Assembly (NCBI GenBank): GCA_951406725.2
Contig: OX597814.1
Span: forward strand, 114,700,001 to 114,764,000
Direction of reading: 5' to 3'
DNA length: 64,000 bases
From: Octopus vulgaris
Lineage: Eukaryota
The notes below the pieces were generated by a model that was not told where the DNA came from, did no database searches, and saw only the letters and a list, made by a program, of their open reading frames with translations. Each line of letters starts with the position of its first letter. Position 1 is the stretch's first letter. This document shows positions 61,812 to 64,000 of the stretch, in pieces. The position numbers and the translations under genes were made by a program.

Positions 61812-62231
61812 AGGCGGCGGGCTGGTAGAAACGCTAGCACGCCGGGCGAAATGCTTAGCGGTTTTTCGTCTGCCGTTACGTTCTGAGTTCAAATTCTACC
61901 GAGATTGACTTTGCCTGTCATCCTTTCGGGGTCGATAAATTAAGTACCAGTTACGCACTGGGGTCGATGTAATCGACTTAATTCGTTTGTCTGTCCTTGT
62001 TTGTCCTCTCTATGTTTAGCCCCTTGTGGGTAGTAAAGAAATAGGTATTTTGTCTGCCGTTACGTTCTGAGTTCAAATTCTGCCGAGGTCGACTTTGCCT
62101 TTCATCCTTTCGAGGTCGATGAATTAAGTACCAGTTACGCACTGGGGTCGATGTAATCGACTTAATCCGTATGTCTGTCTTTGTTTCTCCCCTCTATGTT
62201 TAGCCCCCTTGTGGGCAATAAAGAAATAATA
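61812..62231 (+). mobile_element. SINE family A dimer (full unit plus headless second unit) inside one TSD
   Basis: Second unit restarts at ggtattttgtctgccgttacg (about 62044); TSD tacttccgca at 61802-61811 and 62232-62241. Confidence 0.92.
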
Positions 62232-63081
62232 TACTTCCGCAGCCGCCAAACAAAGAAACGACAGCTAGAACTTAAGGTGAGAGTAGCAAGCTATTATCAA
62301 ATACCTCACAGCCACCCATAATGAGCTCAGTATTTACCAAATTTTTAGTAGAATAATTAAAGAAAATTATTTAAATATTATTAAAGATTAAAATTTTATT
62401 GGCCATCGACTTTTTTAATACTTTTTAATTGCACTATAAAATTAATTATACCAAAATCTAAATTAATGAATAATAAATTATCTAAATCTACAGCAAGATA
62501 AAAGTAAATAATCTGCTTCAAGGAGATTAAAATAATTGACCGGTGACTATTTATTTTACAATAGCTATGGTACACCTTATTGTAAAGCTAAAACCATGAT
62601 AACGTTGGAGGACCTTCAGAATCGATAAATAGAACGTGAAAGTTTTTTTTTTCCGATCGAATACCTCCGTTCGTTAATGCTTTCGTCATTGAATGCATTC
62701 ATTCTTTGTTGTTATCTGATAAAAGTAAACTCCTTAAGTTTTTAAATCATGCTTTCGAATTTCATACTGATAAGGAAAATATCAATGAGGATAATGTCAC
62801 TGAATTTCCATTAAAAAGAAAGTGACACTCATGCTAGAATGATATGCTCCCACTTAGATGAATGCCTGTATAGAAACCAGTTTGACGTATCTGTAACACC
62901 ATTATAGAACTTAGAGATCTTACTAAATCGTATCAGTCAGCAATATCTTGCATAGTAAAATATCAGTAAATATTCAAGAAAATAAATATTGGATAATGAA
63001 AATATTAGGACTTCATTTCTAAGTCCTTTTGTAAAATTTCCAGAATTATGTTGTTTTGATTTTATAGAAAACTCATACCTT

Positions 63082-63133
<52 letters not shown>

Positions 63134-64000
63134 GCGTATTTGCTAAAAATTCTTTTTTCAACTAACGCCCATATATATAAGGTAAGAATTTACTAAAAAA
63201 ATTATTCATGACTAATCCCTTAAAGGGATGAAAATGCGAAACAAATAGTTCCTATCCAAATCTTGACTACCTTCTTGTTCTTTATATATATATGTGTGTG
63301 TGTGTATAGGTAGGTGTTTCTAACGTCCTTAGTCATATTTAATGACAATTATAGTTTTCCAATTTGGTAAAACATTACACACCGCTGCCTATATATACGT
63401 ATGCATATATTTAGAGAGATAGATAAATTATTTGACATATAGAGTTATGCTTTCTGTGTTTATTGGGTGACAAAACTTCAAATGGAAAATGAAACCTCCA
63501 GGAAGGCTTGCTTAATCAGATAAAGTAAAAATATGTAGGCCGCTTTCAGGAGTTAAAAGTAAATATGAAAACCTATCCGCAAACAATAAGCTGTTTCTGA
63601 AACAAGTTAACCAACTCGAGTAATGATTATTTGTCTCTTTCACAATTTCAAAATTAATCGTCAACTGTGAACAACCAAACACTCTTAGTGAGGCTTTAGT
63701 CTTATCAGCCGTAAATAAATTTAAAATAGTAAAATGGGCCTTGGTAAATATAATGTAACACTATTAAATCCCTTCGGTTATAGTTCATTATGATCAATTA
63801 TTCACAAAATAGTATATGATATTCAACAAAAAATATATGAAAACTGGAGAATTTTCGTTTCAACTCACCAAGTGATAATGAACCTCTGTTAATGACACAC
63901 GCAAGTCAGACACGTGGGGCCCATCTCCAATATTTTTTTTTGTTGCAGTATAGCTAGAACTCTATCATTAAATGAGAAATATGTTTTATTAGACCGAGGT

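Overview
AT-rich, repeat-dense eukaryotic DNA. The SINE families, (TA)n/(CA)n arrays and element mix look like an octopod cephalopod (Octopus-like); that assignment is by recognition, not a search. I find no convincing host protein-coding exon, so the window reads as intronic or intergenic. The only long intact ORF (2409-4223) is the reverse-transcriptase half of a 5'-truncated CR1/L2-group LINE. The rest is remnants of Penelope-like (GIY-YIG), RTE, hAT and Tc1/mariner elements, MITEs, at least four tRNA-derived SINE families, and microsatellites, which explain nearly all Y/I/H/T-rich ORFs in the track. Two things stand out. (1) Six hammerhead-ribozyme motifs with different stems, plus one half copy. 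They include a tRNA-headed (Pol III box A/B) element carrying a hammerhead, an inverted 3' tail and a TSD (22090-22401), and a type I hammerhead whose long stem II pairs fully only on the + strand (14448-14554). (2) An isolated branchpoint-polypyrimidine-CAG|GTGAG junction at 32469/32470 that fits a recursive splice site in a very long + strand intron. Also notable: a SINE/LINE shared 3' tail, two near-perfect fold-back palindromes, a Tc1 element built from two inverted 3' ends nested in a hAT, and an empty/filled pair of sites for a SINE insertion. Boundaries of degraded elements are approximate.
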